From Candidatus Nanopusillus acidilobi (lineage in GTDB: Archaea > Nanobdellota > Nanobdellia > Nanobdellales > Nanobdellaceae), in assembly GCA_001552015.1 (NCBI GenBank), contig CP010514.1, positions 180,001 through 212,000 of the forward strand: 32,000 nucleotides of DNA. Direction: 5' to 3'. Below are positions 17,088-26,466 of this stretch, in pieces. The notes beneath the pieces are model-generated. The model was given only the letters and a program-made list of their open reading frames with translations. It was not told the DNA's origin and ran no database searches. A program made the translations under genes and the position numbers. Within the stretch, counting starts at the first letter, position 1, and every line of letters begins with the position of its first letter.

Positions 17088-19472
17088 ATGGCACCTGAAG
17101 ATAATCAAAATAATCAAAAAGAATTAAAATTAAGGGTTGCGGAAGCTATTCAAAATGATTTATATAGGGGAATTGTCAGAATTGATACTGAAGCTATGAA
17201 AGAACTTGGAATAAGAATTGGAGATATTGTTGAAATTGAAGGAAAGAAAAAAACAGTTGCAATTGCCCAATTATTACCTCCACAAGATTATGGTCTTGGA
17301 ATAATTAGGATGGATGGTATTATAAGAAAAAATGCAAATGCTACATTGGGAGGATATGTTACTGTTAGGAAAGCTAATGTAAGAGAAGCACAAAAAGTTG
17401 TATTAGCTCCAGCAGCAAAGGGAGTTATATATCAATTTAATACAAGTTATATAAATTCTATAAGAAGATTACTAGATGGAAGACCAGTTGTAAAAGGAGA
17501 TAATATTGTTATATTGACAGGATATAGAAGAAAATTTGATTTATTAGATGAAGAATTTGGATTTTCAATATTTTCAGATCTATTTCCCACTTTTGGATTT
17601 TCAAATGAACTTAGATTTAATGTTGTAAATGTAGTTCCAAAGGGTGCGGTAGTTATAACTGAAAATACAGAATTAGAAATATTGCCACATGCTGTAGAAA
17701 CAAAGGGAGAAATACCAGAAGTTACTTATGAAGATATAGGTGACATGGAAGAAGTTGTTCAAAAGGTGAGAGAACTTGTAGAATTACCATTAAAGTATCC
17801 AGAATTATTTGAAAAACTTGGTATAGAACCTCCAAAAGGTATATTATTATATGGTCCTCCAGGTACTGGTAAAACATTATTAGCAAAGGCAGTTGCAAAT
17901 GAAAGTGGAGCATATTTTATTGCAATAAATGGTCCAGAAATTGTATCAAAATATGTTGGAGAATCTGAAAAAAGATTAAGGGATATATTTGAGGAAGCAA
18001 ATAAAAATGCGCCTTCAATAATATTTATAGATGAAATTGATGCAATTGCACCTAAAAGAGAAGAATCAATTGGAGAAGTTGAGAGAAGATTAGTAGCTCA
18101 ATTATTAACATTAATGGATGGATTAAAATCAAGGGGTAAAGTAATAGTTATAGCAGCAACGAATAGACCAGATGCTGTAGATCCTGCATTGAGAAGACCT
18201 GGAAGGTTTGATAGGGAAATAGAAGTTCCTGTACCAAATGAACAAGGGAGATATCAAATATTAAAAGTCCATACTAGAAATGTTCCTCTAGGTAAAAAAG
18301 AAGGAGATAAATATATATTATTATCTGAGGAAGAAAAAGATAAATTAATTAAAAAATTAGCTTCAATTACATATGGTTATGTAGGTGCAGATCTTGCTGC
18401 TTTAGTAAAAGAAGCTGCAATGAATGTTATTAGAAGATCATTACCAGAAATAGAAAAATATGAAAATAATATACCACAGGAAATTTTAGATCAAATGGTT
18501 GTTACTGAGGAAGATTTTATGAATGCATTAAAAGTTGTACCTCCATCTGCAATGAGAGAAGTATTGGTAGAAGTACCAAAAGTAAGGTGGGATGATGTTG
18601 GTGGATTAGATGAAGTAAAATTAGAATTAAAAGAAGCTGTTGAATGGCCAATAAAAAATAAGAAAATATATGAAAAGATTGGTGTTGAACCTCCAAAAGG
18701 TATATTATTATATGGTCCTCCAGGTACTGGTAAAACATTATTAGCAAAGGCAGTTGCAACAGAAATAGGAGCAAACTTTATTGCAATAAAAGGTCCAGAA
18801 GTATTTAGCAAATGGTTTGGAGAATCTGAAAAAATGATTAGAGAAATATTTAGGAAAGCAAGACAAGTAGCTCCTGCAGTAATATTCTTTGATGAAATTG
18901 ATGCAATTGCACCTAGGAGAGGTTCTAGTATAGGTACAAATGTTTATGATAGTGTTGTAAATCAATTGCTAGCAGAAATGGATGGTATAACTACTAGAGG
19001 AGATGTAATTGTAATTGCAGCAACGAATAGACCAGATATAATTGATCCTGCATTATTAAGACCTGGAAGGTTTGATAGAATAATATATATACCATCTCCA
19101 GATTATAAAGCAAGATTGGAGATATTAAAAATAAAGACAAAGAATATGCCACTAGCCCCAGATGTTAATTTAGAAGAAATTGCAAAAATTACAGAAGGAT
19201 ATAGCGGTGCTGATTTAGAATTACTTGTAAAAGAGGCTGCAATAAATAGGATAAGATTGTCATATGAATCAAAGAGAAAACAAGGACTAAATGAAGAAGA
19301 AGCACTAAAAGAATTAGAAAAAGAAGATATAAAAATTACAATGGATGATTTCAAATCTGCATTAGAAAAAGTAAAACCATCTATAACAAAAGAAATGGAA
19401 AATTATTATAAGGCGTTTGCAGAAACATTTAGAAAAGGAATGATAGCAAAGGATAATAGGTATTATGGATAG
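17088..19472 (+). CDS. cdc48: Cdc48/VCP/p97-type AAA ATPase, two AAA modules
   Basis: N-domain plus D1 and D2, each with [20 protein letters not shown] and (I/F)DEIDAIAP; C-terminus ...DNRYYG. Confidence 0.98.
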   Translation: MAPEDNQNNQKELKLRVAEAIQNDLYRGIVRIDTEAMKELGIRIGDIVEIEGKKKTVAIAQLLPPQDYGLGIIRMDGIIRKNANATLGGYVTVRKANVREAQKVVLAPAAKGVIYQFNTSYINSIRRLLDGRPVVKGDNIVILTGYRRKFDLLDEEFGFSIFSDLFPTFGFSNELRFNVVNVVPKGAVVITENTELEILPHAVETKGEIPEVTYEDIGDMEEVVQKVRELVELPLKYPELFEKLGIEPPKGILLYGPPGTGKTLLAKAVANESGAYFIAINGPEIVSKYVGESEKRLRDIFEEANKNAPSIIFIDEIDAIAPKREESIGEVERRLVAQLLTLMDGLKSRGKVIVIAATNRPDAVDPALRRPGRFDREIEVPVPNEQGRYQILKVHTRNVPLGKKEGDKYILLSEEEKDKLIKKLASITYGYVGADLAALVKEAAMNVIRRSLPEIEKYENNIPQEILDQMVVTEEDFMNALKVVPPSAMREVLVEVPKVRWDDVGGLDEVKLELKEAVEWPIKNKKIYEKIGVEPPKGILLYGPPGTGKTLLAKAVATEIGANFIAIKGPEVFSKWFGESEKMIREIFRKARQVAPAVIFFDEIDAIAPRRGSSIGTNVYDSVVNQLLAEMDGITTRGDVIVIAATNRPDIIDPALLRPGRFDRIIYIPSPDYKARLEILKIKTKNMPLAPDVNLEEIAKITEGYSGADLELLVKEAAINRIRLSYESKRKQGLNEEEALKELEKEDIKITMDDFKSALEKVKPSITKEMENYYKAFAETFRKGMIAKDNRYYG
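17826..17898 (+). repeat. 73-bp perfect direct repeat, copy 1 (cdc48 D1 Walker A region)
   Basis: gaacctccaaaaggtatattattatatggtcctccaggtactggtaaaacattattagcaaaggcagttgcaa; identical at 18687-18759. Confidence 0.95.
18687..18759 (+). repeat. 73-bp perfect direct repeat, copy 2 (cdc48 D2 Walker A region)
   Basis: Identical 73-nt string to 17826-17898. Confidence 0.95.
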
Positions 19473-20187
19473 TGTTTCAAGGTATATTTCTCAAATAAAA
19501 TTTTTTGGATTTGAAAAAAATAAAAAAATACAAGAAACATCTGTTGCAATTATTGGTTTGGGAGGTTTGGGTTCCTGGTTATCAGAATTTTTAGTAAGAA
19601 TTGGTGTAAAAAATTTGGCAATTGTAGATTTTGATATTGTAGAAGAAAAAAATCTAAATAGACAAAATTTTATAATTGATGATATTGGGAAATTAAAAAT
19701 AGATTCTATTGAAAAGAGATTAAAAGAAATAGATAATAATATAAATATAGAGAAATATAAAGAAATAAATAGTAAAATATTTAATAAGGATATAATATTT
19801 GATTGTACTGATAATATTAAATCAAAATATTTAATAAATGAATTATCTGTATATTATAATAAGCCATATATATTTGCTTCAGTTGTTATGGATCAGGGAT
19901 TTGTTGGTTTAATAAATCCGGAACAATTTTGTTTATATGATATATATAAAGGTAAAGAAGATGTATTAACATGCGATATTACTGGTGTAGATTTTTCATC
20001 AGTAATCTTTGCAGTTTCTTTGATGTTAAAATTATTTATAAATTATGTATTTGGGAATAAAAATGGAATATTATATCATTTTAATATAGGGGATAAATTC
20101 TATTTAGAAGAAATAAAAGTTAAGAGTAACAATTGCAAAATATGTAAAAGAAAAGAATTTGAATTAATATGGAATTATTTGAAATAA
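19465..20187 (+). CDS. E1-like ThiF/MoeB/HesA-family adenylyltransferase
   Basis: SVAIIGLGGLGSWLSEFLVRIGVKNLAIVDFDIVEEKNLNRQ (nucleotide-binding and Arg finger), DIIFDCTDN, TCDITGV, C-terminal CKIC. Confidence 0.9.
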   Translation: MDSVSRYISQIKFFGFEKNKKIQETSVAIIGLGGLGSWLSEFLVRIGVKNLAIVDFDIVEEKNLNRQNFIIDDIGKLKIDSIEKRLKEIDNNINIEKYKEINSKIFNKDIIFDCTDNIKSKYLINELSVYYNKPYIFASVVMDQGFVGLINPEQFCLYDIYKGKEDVLTCDITGVDFSSVIFAVSLMLKLFINYVFGNKNGILYHFNIGDKFYLEEIKVKSNNCKICKRKEFELIWNYLK

Positions 20188-21002
20188 TAAATGAAATAAA
20201 AAATAAGAAAGAATTGAGAAATATATCCGATAAGGTAGTTGAGAATATATTAAAAAGGGAACTAAGAAAAAAACAATATTTATATAAAAGGTTATCTTCA
20301 ATAAAAAATATAAAACAATTGAAAAATGATGAGGAATTTTATTTATTATTTAAAGAGGTAAGAAGAATTTTACATGAATTATATGGTTTATATACTCCAA
20401 AAGAGGATAAGGAAATAGATAAAATATTATTTAATAATGAAATGACATTGGAACAAAAAATAATAGAATTATTAATGTTAACAAGGTCTACTTCTGAAAG
20501 ATTAAATTTTTATAAAGAGATATATAAGAATATATTTATTGAAAAACCAGTAGAAATATTAGATTTAGCATCGGGATTAAATCCTATATCAATTTATTTT
20601 TCAGATCAAAAGCCTAGAAAATATTATTATGTAGATATATCTGAAAAAATATTAGATATAAACTATCAAATATTAAAGGAATTAAATATTGAAAATGAAG
20701 GATGGCTAATTGATTTATTGTATCCAGATGATAGAATATTTAGGCATTATCAATATATATTCTTTTGGAAAATATTTCCAATATTAGAAAAATATGATTT
20801 TTATGCTCCAAGAAATTTATTATCTAAACTAGATTTTGATTATTTAATAATATCTTTCCCTCAAAAAAGTCTTGGAAAAAAGAGAAATCTTGGTTTGGCA
20901 TGGAGATATAAAATTAAAAGATTTGTAACATATAAATTAAAATATAAAATTATTAAAGAATTTGATATTCCATATGAGTATTTTCTTATTGTAGGGAAAT
21001 AA
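20169..21002 (+). CDS. FmrO/ArmA/Rmt-like 16S rRNA methyltransferase homologue
   Basis: TRSTSERLNFYKEIYKNIF, PVEILDLASGLNPISIYF, YYYVDISEKILDINYQIL, FDYLIISFPQKSLGKKRNLG match the family motif order. Confidence 0.8.
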   Translation: MELFEIINEIKNKKELRNISDKVVENILKRELRKKQYLYKRLSSIKNIKQLKNDEEFYLLFKEVRRILHELYGLYTPKEDKEIDKILFNNEMTLEQKIIELLMLTRSTSERLNFYKEIYKNIFIEKPVEILDLASGLNPISIYFSDQKPRKYYYVDISEKILDINYQILKELNIENEGWLIDLLYPDDRIFRHYQYIFFWKIFPILEKYDFYAPRNLLSKLDFDYLIISFPQKSLGKKRNLGLAWRYKIKRFVTYKLKYKIIKEFDIPYEYFLIVGK

Positions 21003-21333
21003 TATCTTTTAATTTTAATATATCTTCTTTATTATATTTCTTTAATTTATTGTTTGAAAATATCCATAATTCAATATCAATATTATTAGAATCTTTATAT
21101 TTTTCTGCCAGATGATATAATTCAACTAAATCAATATAATTAATATTACTTATATCTATTTCTCTTTTATTCTTTTTAACTTGTATTAATCTTATATTTC
21201 CTTCTTTATTTATTGCAATTACATCTATAGCAGAATGGGAACCTGGGGTCCTCCAAACATCATATCCTTCCTTTTCTAACATCTTTTTTACTTTTTGTTC
21301 ATAATAATAACCAATTTTATAATTACTTCCCAT
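20986..21333 (-). CDS. Hjc-like PD-(D/E)XK nuclease (Holliday-junction-resolvase family)
   Basis: KIGYYYEQKVKKMLEKEGYDVWRTPGSHSAIDVIAINKEGNIRLIQVKKNK: E...D...QxK core. Confidence 0.78.
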   Translation of the reverse strand: MGSNYKIGYYYEQKVKKMLEKEGYDVWRTPGSHSAIDVIAINKEGNIRLIQVKKNKREIDISNINYIDLVELYHLAEKYKDSNNIDIELWIFSNNKLKKYNKEDILKLKDIISLQ

Positions 21334-21384
21334 TTCAAATATAGGAATTTAAACAATTAAAAATATTGTTTTAAATATATTTTT

Positions 21385-24300
21385 ATGGATATAAATGATT
21401 ATTTTTCAGAAATTAAGAAAAAAACATTAGAAGCCTATGAGATTGCAAAAAAGGCAAGATCTTTATCTTTAGATCCTGTTGATGATGTTGAAATACCAAT
21501 TTCTGAAGATATGGCTGAAAGAGTAGTTAATTTATTATCAACAATTGATCCCATTATAAAAGAAATAAATTTACCAGAAAAAATTAGGGAAATAGAAAAA
21601 ACATATAAACCACTTACATTTTCTACAATATTAAAAATATCAGAATATGTATCAGAACAAATATATAATAAAACTAAAGATAAAATTAGGGCTATAGAAC
21701 TTGGATTAAGGGCAGGTTTTGCATATCATACTTTAGGTGTTGTAGCTGCTCCAACAGAAGGAATTGTAAAAGTAATGGCAAAGAAAAGAATGGATGGAAA
21801 AGAATATATTTCAGTATTCTATGCAGGACCTGTAAGATCTGCTGGTGGTACTCCTCAGGCATTTTCAGTTGTAATTGCTGATTTTCTAAGAAGAAAATTT
21901 GGATATGAAAAATATGATCCTACTGAAGATGAAATTCAAAGATATATAATTGAAACTTATGATTATAAGAGAGCAGCCCATTTACAATATACTCCAAAGA
22001 ATGAAGAAATAGAGTTTACAGTTAAAAATTTACCAGTTGAAATAAATGGAGAACCTACAGAAAAAATAGAAGTTTCTGCATATAAAGATTTACCAAGAGT
22101 TGAAACAAATTATATAAGAGGAGGAGCAATCCTTGTACTTGCAGAGGGTATATGTCAAAAAGCTAAAAAGATATGGAAAGAATTATCAAAGATTGCAAAA
22201 GATTTTAATTTGGAAGAATGGTCCTGGTTAGATGAATTAAGAAAATTGCAAGAAAAATTACATGGAGGTTCTTCAGATTCTTCTGAAATAATAAAACCAA
22301 ATGCAAAATATTTAGAACAATTAACTGCTGGGAGACCAATATTTTCCTTACCATCTGCAAAGGGTGGATTTAGATTAAGAATGGGGAAATCAAGGACAAA
22401 TGGACATGAGGCATCTTCTATTCATCCAGCTGCTGCAATTTTAACATATAACTTTTTAGCATGGGGAACTCAATTTGTTGTAGAGAGACCTGGAAAAGCT
22501 TCTGCAGTTACATTTTCAGATACAATTGAACCTCCAGTGGTAAAATTAAAAGATGGATCTGTAATAAAAGTAAAAGATGAAAAAACCGCAAAGGAATTAA
22601 TTGATAAGAATTTGGTAGAAAAAATACTATTTTTGGGTGATATTTTATTTACATATGGAGATTTTTTAGATAACGGACATCCTTTAGTTCCTTTGGGATA
22701 TTGTGAAGAATGGTGGATATTGGAATTTGAAAAAAATGCAAAAGAAAAAGTAAATGGATTTGAAGTTGTTTTTGATATGTTTAAACCAAGAAAATTATTT
22801 GAAATAAAAAATCTAGAAAAATTATCAGAATATTTAGATATTGATAAAAATACTTTGGAAAATTATATTAGAGATCCTATAAAAAATAAACCAGATTTTA
22901 TCAATTCATTAAAGATATCTATATTATTAAATGTTCCATTACATCCGGAATATACATATTTCTGGAAAGATATAAGTTCACAAGACTTTATATACTTATT
23001 AAATTATTTAAAAGAAAAGGCAAAAGTTTCATATAAAGAAATTAAAATAAATGGAGAAAATTATAGAATTGCTGAGAGAATCGAATTAGAATATGATGAG
23101 AGGGCAAAGAATATATTAGAAGAAATACTAATTGAGCATAAATTGGAAAATAATAAGATTATAGTTGAATATCCAAATTCAGCAGCATTATATATACAAT
23201 TAGGATATTTTGAAAAAGTTCCAGAAATAAATAATGAAAAAAATGGATATGAATTAATAAATAAAATATCAAAAGTTATTATTAGAGATAAGGTTGGAAC
23301 CTATATTGGAGTTAGAATGGGAAGACCTGAAAAAGCAAAGATTAGAGAACTAAAAGGTTCAATAATGGTTCTATTTCCTGTAGGAGAAGAAGGAGGAAGG
23401 ATGAGAAATCTTTTAGAATCAATGAAATATCAGAAAATTGTTTCGGATTTAAGAACATATTATTGTCCAAATTGTAAAATATATGTTCCATATAAAAAAT
23501 GTATATTCTGTAATTCAGAAACAAAATTATTAAAGGCAGAAGATGGAAAAGAGAATAGAAAATATGCAATACAGATTTCAAAATATATAGAAGCAGCATT
23601 AAAAAATCTAGGATTAGATTCATCTCAATTGCCAAAAATAGTAAAGGGACCAGAAGGTTTGAGTTCAAGAAGTAAACAACCAGAAAGGTTAGAAAAGGGA
23701 ATATTAAGGGCAAAATATGGTATATTTGTATTTAGAGATGGAACAGTAAGATTTGATGCTATAGAAGCACCAATTACATATTTTAAACCAAAAGATTTAG
23801 TATATACCCCAATAGAAAAATTAAAAGAATTGGGATATACTCATGATATTTATGGAAATCCATTGGAAAATGAAGACCAAATATTGGAATTGAAACCACA
23901 AGATATTATATTACCAACAATTGGTCCATTAAAGAAAGGTGGTAAATTAAAGAAAGATGGATTTTTAATTTCTTTAATGAATACTGCTAAATTTATCGAT
24001 GAAGAATTGGAAAGACTGTATAAAATGAATAAATATTATAATGTAAAGAAACCAGAAGATTTATTAGGACATCTTTTAATTGTTTTAGCTCCTCATACAT
24101 CTGCAGGTACTGTTGGAAGAATAATTGGATTCTCAAGAACTCAGGCATTACTTATGCATCCAATGATGCATGCTGCAATTAGGAGGAATTGTGATGGAGA
24201 TGAAGGGACAGTATTATTATTATTAGATGCTCTATTAAATTTCTCTAGAGAATATTTACCAGATAAAAGAGGAGGAACTATGGATGCTCCATTAACAATT

Positions 24301-24942
24301 ACAATAAAAGTTAAGGGAATGGAAATAGATGATGAGGTACAAAAGTTTGATACTGTTTGGAATTATCCACTAGAATTATATGAAGCGGCATTGCAATATA
24401 AACCTCCAGAATCCGTAAAAATACAAATATTTAAAGAAAGAATTGATACACCAGAAGAATATACAAATTGGGGATTTATGCATGATATAAATTCTATTAG
24501 TGAAAATGGAAATAAAGTTTCTGCATATAAATCTCTAGGAGAGATGTTAGAAAAATTGAATTTTGAATTAAAATTGGCAAAATTATTAAGATCTGTAGAT
24601 CCAAGTACTGTTGCAAGTTTAGTAATAAATTTGCATTTTGCAAGAGATATTAAAGGTAATTTGAGAAAGTTTTCTGAACAAGAATTTAGATGCATAAAAT
24701 GTAATAAAAGATTTAGAAGACCTCCTTTATCTGGAAAATGTGATAGATGTGGAGGAAGAATTGTAATGACAGTTCATTATGGTAGTGTTGTAAAATATTT
24801 AGAACCAAGTTTATGGTTAGCTGAAAAATTAAAGTTGGATGAATATACAAGTTCTAGTTTAAAAGCATTAAAAATGAAAATAGATCAGACATTTGGAAAT
24901 CAATCTAAAGAAAGGCAGATTAAAGATTTCTTTAATTTATAA
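21385..24942 (+). CDS. polC: DNA polymerase D large subunit (DP2), uninterrupted
   Basis: AYHTLGVVAAPTEGI, YAGPVRSAGGTPQAFSV, HEASSIHPAAAI, NCDGDEG, CPNCKIYVPYKKCIFC and CIKCNKRFRRPPLSGKCDRCGG zinc motifs. Confidence 0.98.
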   Translation: MDINDYFSEIKKKTLEAYEIAKKARSLSLDPVDDVEIPISEDMAERVVNLLSTIDPIIKEINLPEKIREIEKTYKPLTFSTILKISEYVSEQIYNKTKDKIRAIELGLRAGFAYHTLGVVAAPTEGIVKVMAKKRMDGKEYISVFYAGPVRSAGGTPQAFSVVIADFLRRKFGYEKYDPTEDEIQRYIIETYDYKRAAHLQYTPKNEEIEFTVKNLPVEINGEPTEKIEVSAYKDLPRVETNYIRGGAILVLAEGICQKAKKIWKELSKIAKDFNLEEWSWLDELRKLQEKLHGGSSDSSEIIKPNAKYLEQLTAGRPIFSLPSAKGGFRLRMGKSRTNGHEASSIHPAAAILTYNFLAWGTQFVVERPGKASAVTFSDTIEPPVVKLKDGSVIKVKDEKTAKELIDKNLVEKILFLGDILFTYGDFLDNGHPLVPLGYCEEWWILEFEKNAKEKVNGFEVVFDMFKPRKLFEIKNLEKLSEYLDIDKNTLENYIRDPIKNKPDFINSLKISILLNVPLHPEYTYFWKDISSQDFIYLLNYLKEKAKVSYKEIKINGENYRIAERIELEYDERAKNILEEILIEHKLENNKIIVEYPNSAALYIQLGYFEKVPEINNEKNGYELINKISKVIIRDKVGTYIGVRMGRPEKAKIRELKGSIMVLFPVGEEGGRMRNLLESMKYQKIVSDLRTYYCPNCKIYVPYKKCIFCNSETKLLKAEDGKENRKYAIQISKYIEAALKNLGLDSSQLPKIVKGPEGLSSRSKQPERLEKGILRAKYGIFVFRDGTVRFDAIEAPITYFKPKDLVYTPIEKLKELGYTHDIYGNPLENEDQILELKPQDIILPTIGPLKKGGKLKKDGFLISLMNTAKFIDEELERLYKMNKYYNVKKPEDLLGHLLIVLAPHTSAGTVGRIIGFSRTQALLMHPMMHAAIRRNCDGDEGTVLLLLDALLNFSREYLPDKRGGTMDAPLTITIKVKGMEIDDEVQKFDTVWNYPLELYEAALQYKPPESVKIQIFKERIDTPEEYTNWGFMHDINSISENGNKVSAYKSLGEMLEKLNFELKLAKLLRSVDPSTVASLVINLHFARDIKGNLRKFSEQEFRCIKCNKRFRRPPLSGKCDRCGGRIVMTVHYGSVVKYLEPSLWLAEKLKLDEYTSSSLKALKMKIDQTFGNQSKERQIKDFFNL

Positions 24943-24943
24943 A

Positions 24944-25681
24944 ATGTTTATATTATCTGGAATCGGACAAAATAAGGATGAAATACCATATGGACTAATA
25001 GAAGAAATAAAGATTGCAGATTTAGTATTTTTAGAATACTATACAAATTTTATTGATGAAGAAACAAAAGAATTTTTATTAAATATAAGGAAAGATATAA
25101 AGATTGTTGATAGGAATTTTGTAGAATTGGAATTAGAAAAAATAATATTAAATAATAAAGATAAGAAAATAATTTTGATAACATCTGGAAATCCATTATT
25201 TGCTACTACTCATATGTATTTTATTGAACTTTGTAAGAAAAATAATATAGAATATAAAATAATAAATTCTCCATCAATATTTGATGAAATTGGAAAAATA
25301 GGTTTATTTTTATATAAGTTTGGAAGAACAGTTTCAATATCATTTCATGAATCCACAGAATTTTATGATTATATTATAAGGAATTATAAAAATAATTTAC
25401 ATACATTGGTATTATTAGATCTAGATCCAATAAATAATAGATATTTGGATCATAAAGAAGCAATAAAAAGATTATTAGAAATAGATAATAAAAGAGAAAA
25501 AATTTTTAATGATAATTTTAAGTTAATTGTATGTTCTAACCTAAATAGAAAAAATGAGAAGATATATTATAAGGAAATAAAGGAATTACTAAATATAAAT
25601 TTAGACCCTCCAATATGTATTATAATACCGTCAAATTTAAATAAAATAGAGTTAGAATTTTTATTATGTATGATATCCTGA
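24944..25681 (+). CDS. dph5: Diphthine synthase (start moved from 24893 to the Met at 24944)
   Basis: MFILSGIG...IKIADLVFLEYYTN...ILITSGNPLFATTH...IINSPSIFDEIGKIGLFLYKFGRTVSISF. Confidence 0.95.
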   Translation: MFILSGIGQNKDEIPYGLIEEIKIADLVFLEYYTNFIDEETKEFLLNIRKDIKIVDRNFVELELEKIILNNKDKKIILITSGNPLFATTHMYFIELCKKNNIEYKIINSPSIFDEIGKIGLFLYKFGRTVSISFHESTEFYDYIIRNYKNNLHTLVLLDLDPINNRYLDHKEAIKRLLEIDNKREKIFNDNFKLIVCSNLNRKNEKIYYKEIKELLNINLDPPICIIIPSNLNKIELEFLLCMIS

Positions 25682-26466
25682 TAGAAAAGATAAGGTATAA
25701 TTACTTTATATTGTTCTTTCTAAGTATATTAATAATAGTATTTTCTACATTATTATCATTAAAATCTGGATCATATGGTGGAATATTAATAATTGCAATA
25801 TCTTTAGTTCCTTTTGTTCAAATATACAATAAATTAATAGAAAAAGATGAAAAAATATCTGAAAAGATAAAATCAAAGGAAAATATGTTTCTAAGATATA
25901 AAGAATATTTTATAATGTCTTTTGTAATATTCTTTGCATCAATAATTGGATTTTATATAGGTTATTTAATAAATTATAATCTATTTTATCCACAAATACA
26001 AGCAATAGAAGATATAAGGGAACATGTTATTGCTCTAAGTTATGGACATGCGATATATCCAAATAGTTTCTTTACATACATATTATATAATAATATGACA
26101 GTATTATTATTATTTTTTGCATTTTCAATAATATTTGGTGCTGGATCTATATATTTATTATTATGGAATGCATCAATTATTGGAGTATTCCTTGGTTTAA
26201 GAGCATCTGAATATATTTCAAATAATATTATATATAAGTTTATTTTAATTCCAACTATTAGTCTATTAGAAATCTTACCACACGGAATATTAGAATTTTT
26301 AGGATATTTTTTAGCAGCATTGGCAGGTAATATTTTATCAATAGCATTTATAAAAAACTTAGATAAAGAAACTTTAGAAACTATACTTTCAGATTCTTTA
26401 GCACTATTTGTTTTATCTATATTATTTATATTTATAGCAGCATTAATAGAAGCTTATATTATTTAA
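25666..26466 (+). CDS. SpoIIM/DUF95-family integral membrane protein
   Basis: Multi-TM protein with FFAFSIIFGAGSIYLLLWNASIIGVFLG...ILPHGILEFLGYFLAALAG pattern. Confidence 0.82.
   Translation: MYDILIEKIRYNYFILFFLSILIIVFSTLLSLKSGSYGGILIIAISLVPFVQIYNKLIEKDEKISEKIKSKENMFLRYKEYFIMSFVIFFASIIGFYIGYLINYNLFYPQIQAIEDIREHVIALSYGHAIYPNSFFTYILYNNMTVLLLFFAFSIIFGAGSIYLLLWNASIIGVFLGLRASEYISNNIIYKFILIPTISLLEILPHGILEFLGYFLAALAGNILSIAFIKNLDKETLETILSDSLALFVLSILFIFIAALIEAYII

Noticed and set aside
17722-17913. 63-aa minus-strand ORF ([33 protein letters not shown]...)
   Set aside because: Antisense to cdc48. It resembles the 18517-18774 ORF only because both read the reverse of the duplicated D1/D2 Walker A DNA.
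18491-18965. Minus-strand ORFs of 106, 85 and 74 aa
   Set aside because: All are antisense to cdc48 D2 with unlikely composition. They are explained by the conserved gene on the other strand.
23342-24695. Minus-strand ORFs of 123 and 110 aa inside polC
   Set aside because: Antisense to clear DP2 coding sequence; Leu/Phe/Ile-rich shadow frames.
21385-24942. Intein in DNA polymerase D large subunit
   Set aside because: The ORF runs continuously through the NCDGDEG region with no inserted splicing domain or HN-C/S/T junction. Its length (1185 aa) is normal for DP2.
24893-24943. Diphthine synthase start at 24893
   Set aside because: The first 17 residues overlap polC coding sequence and do not look like the family. 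The canonical N-terminus MFILSGIG starts at 24944.
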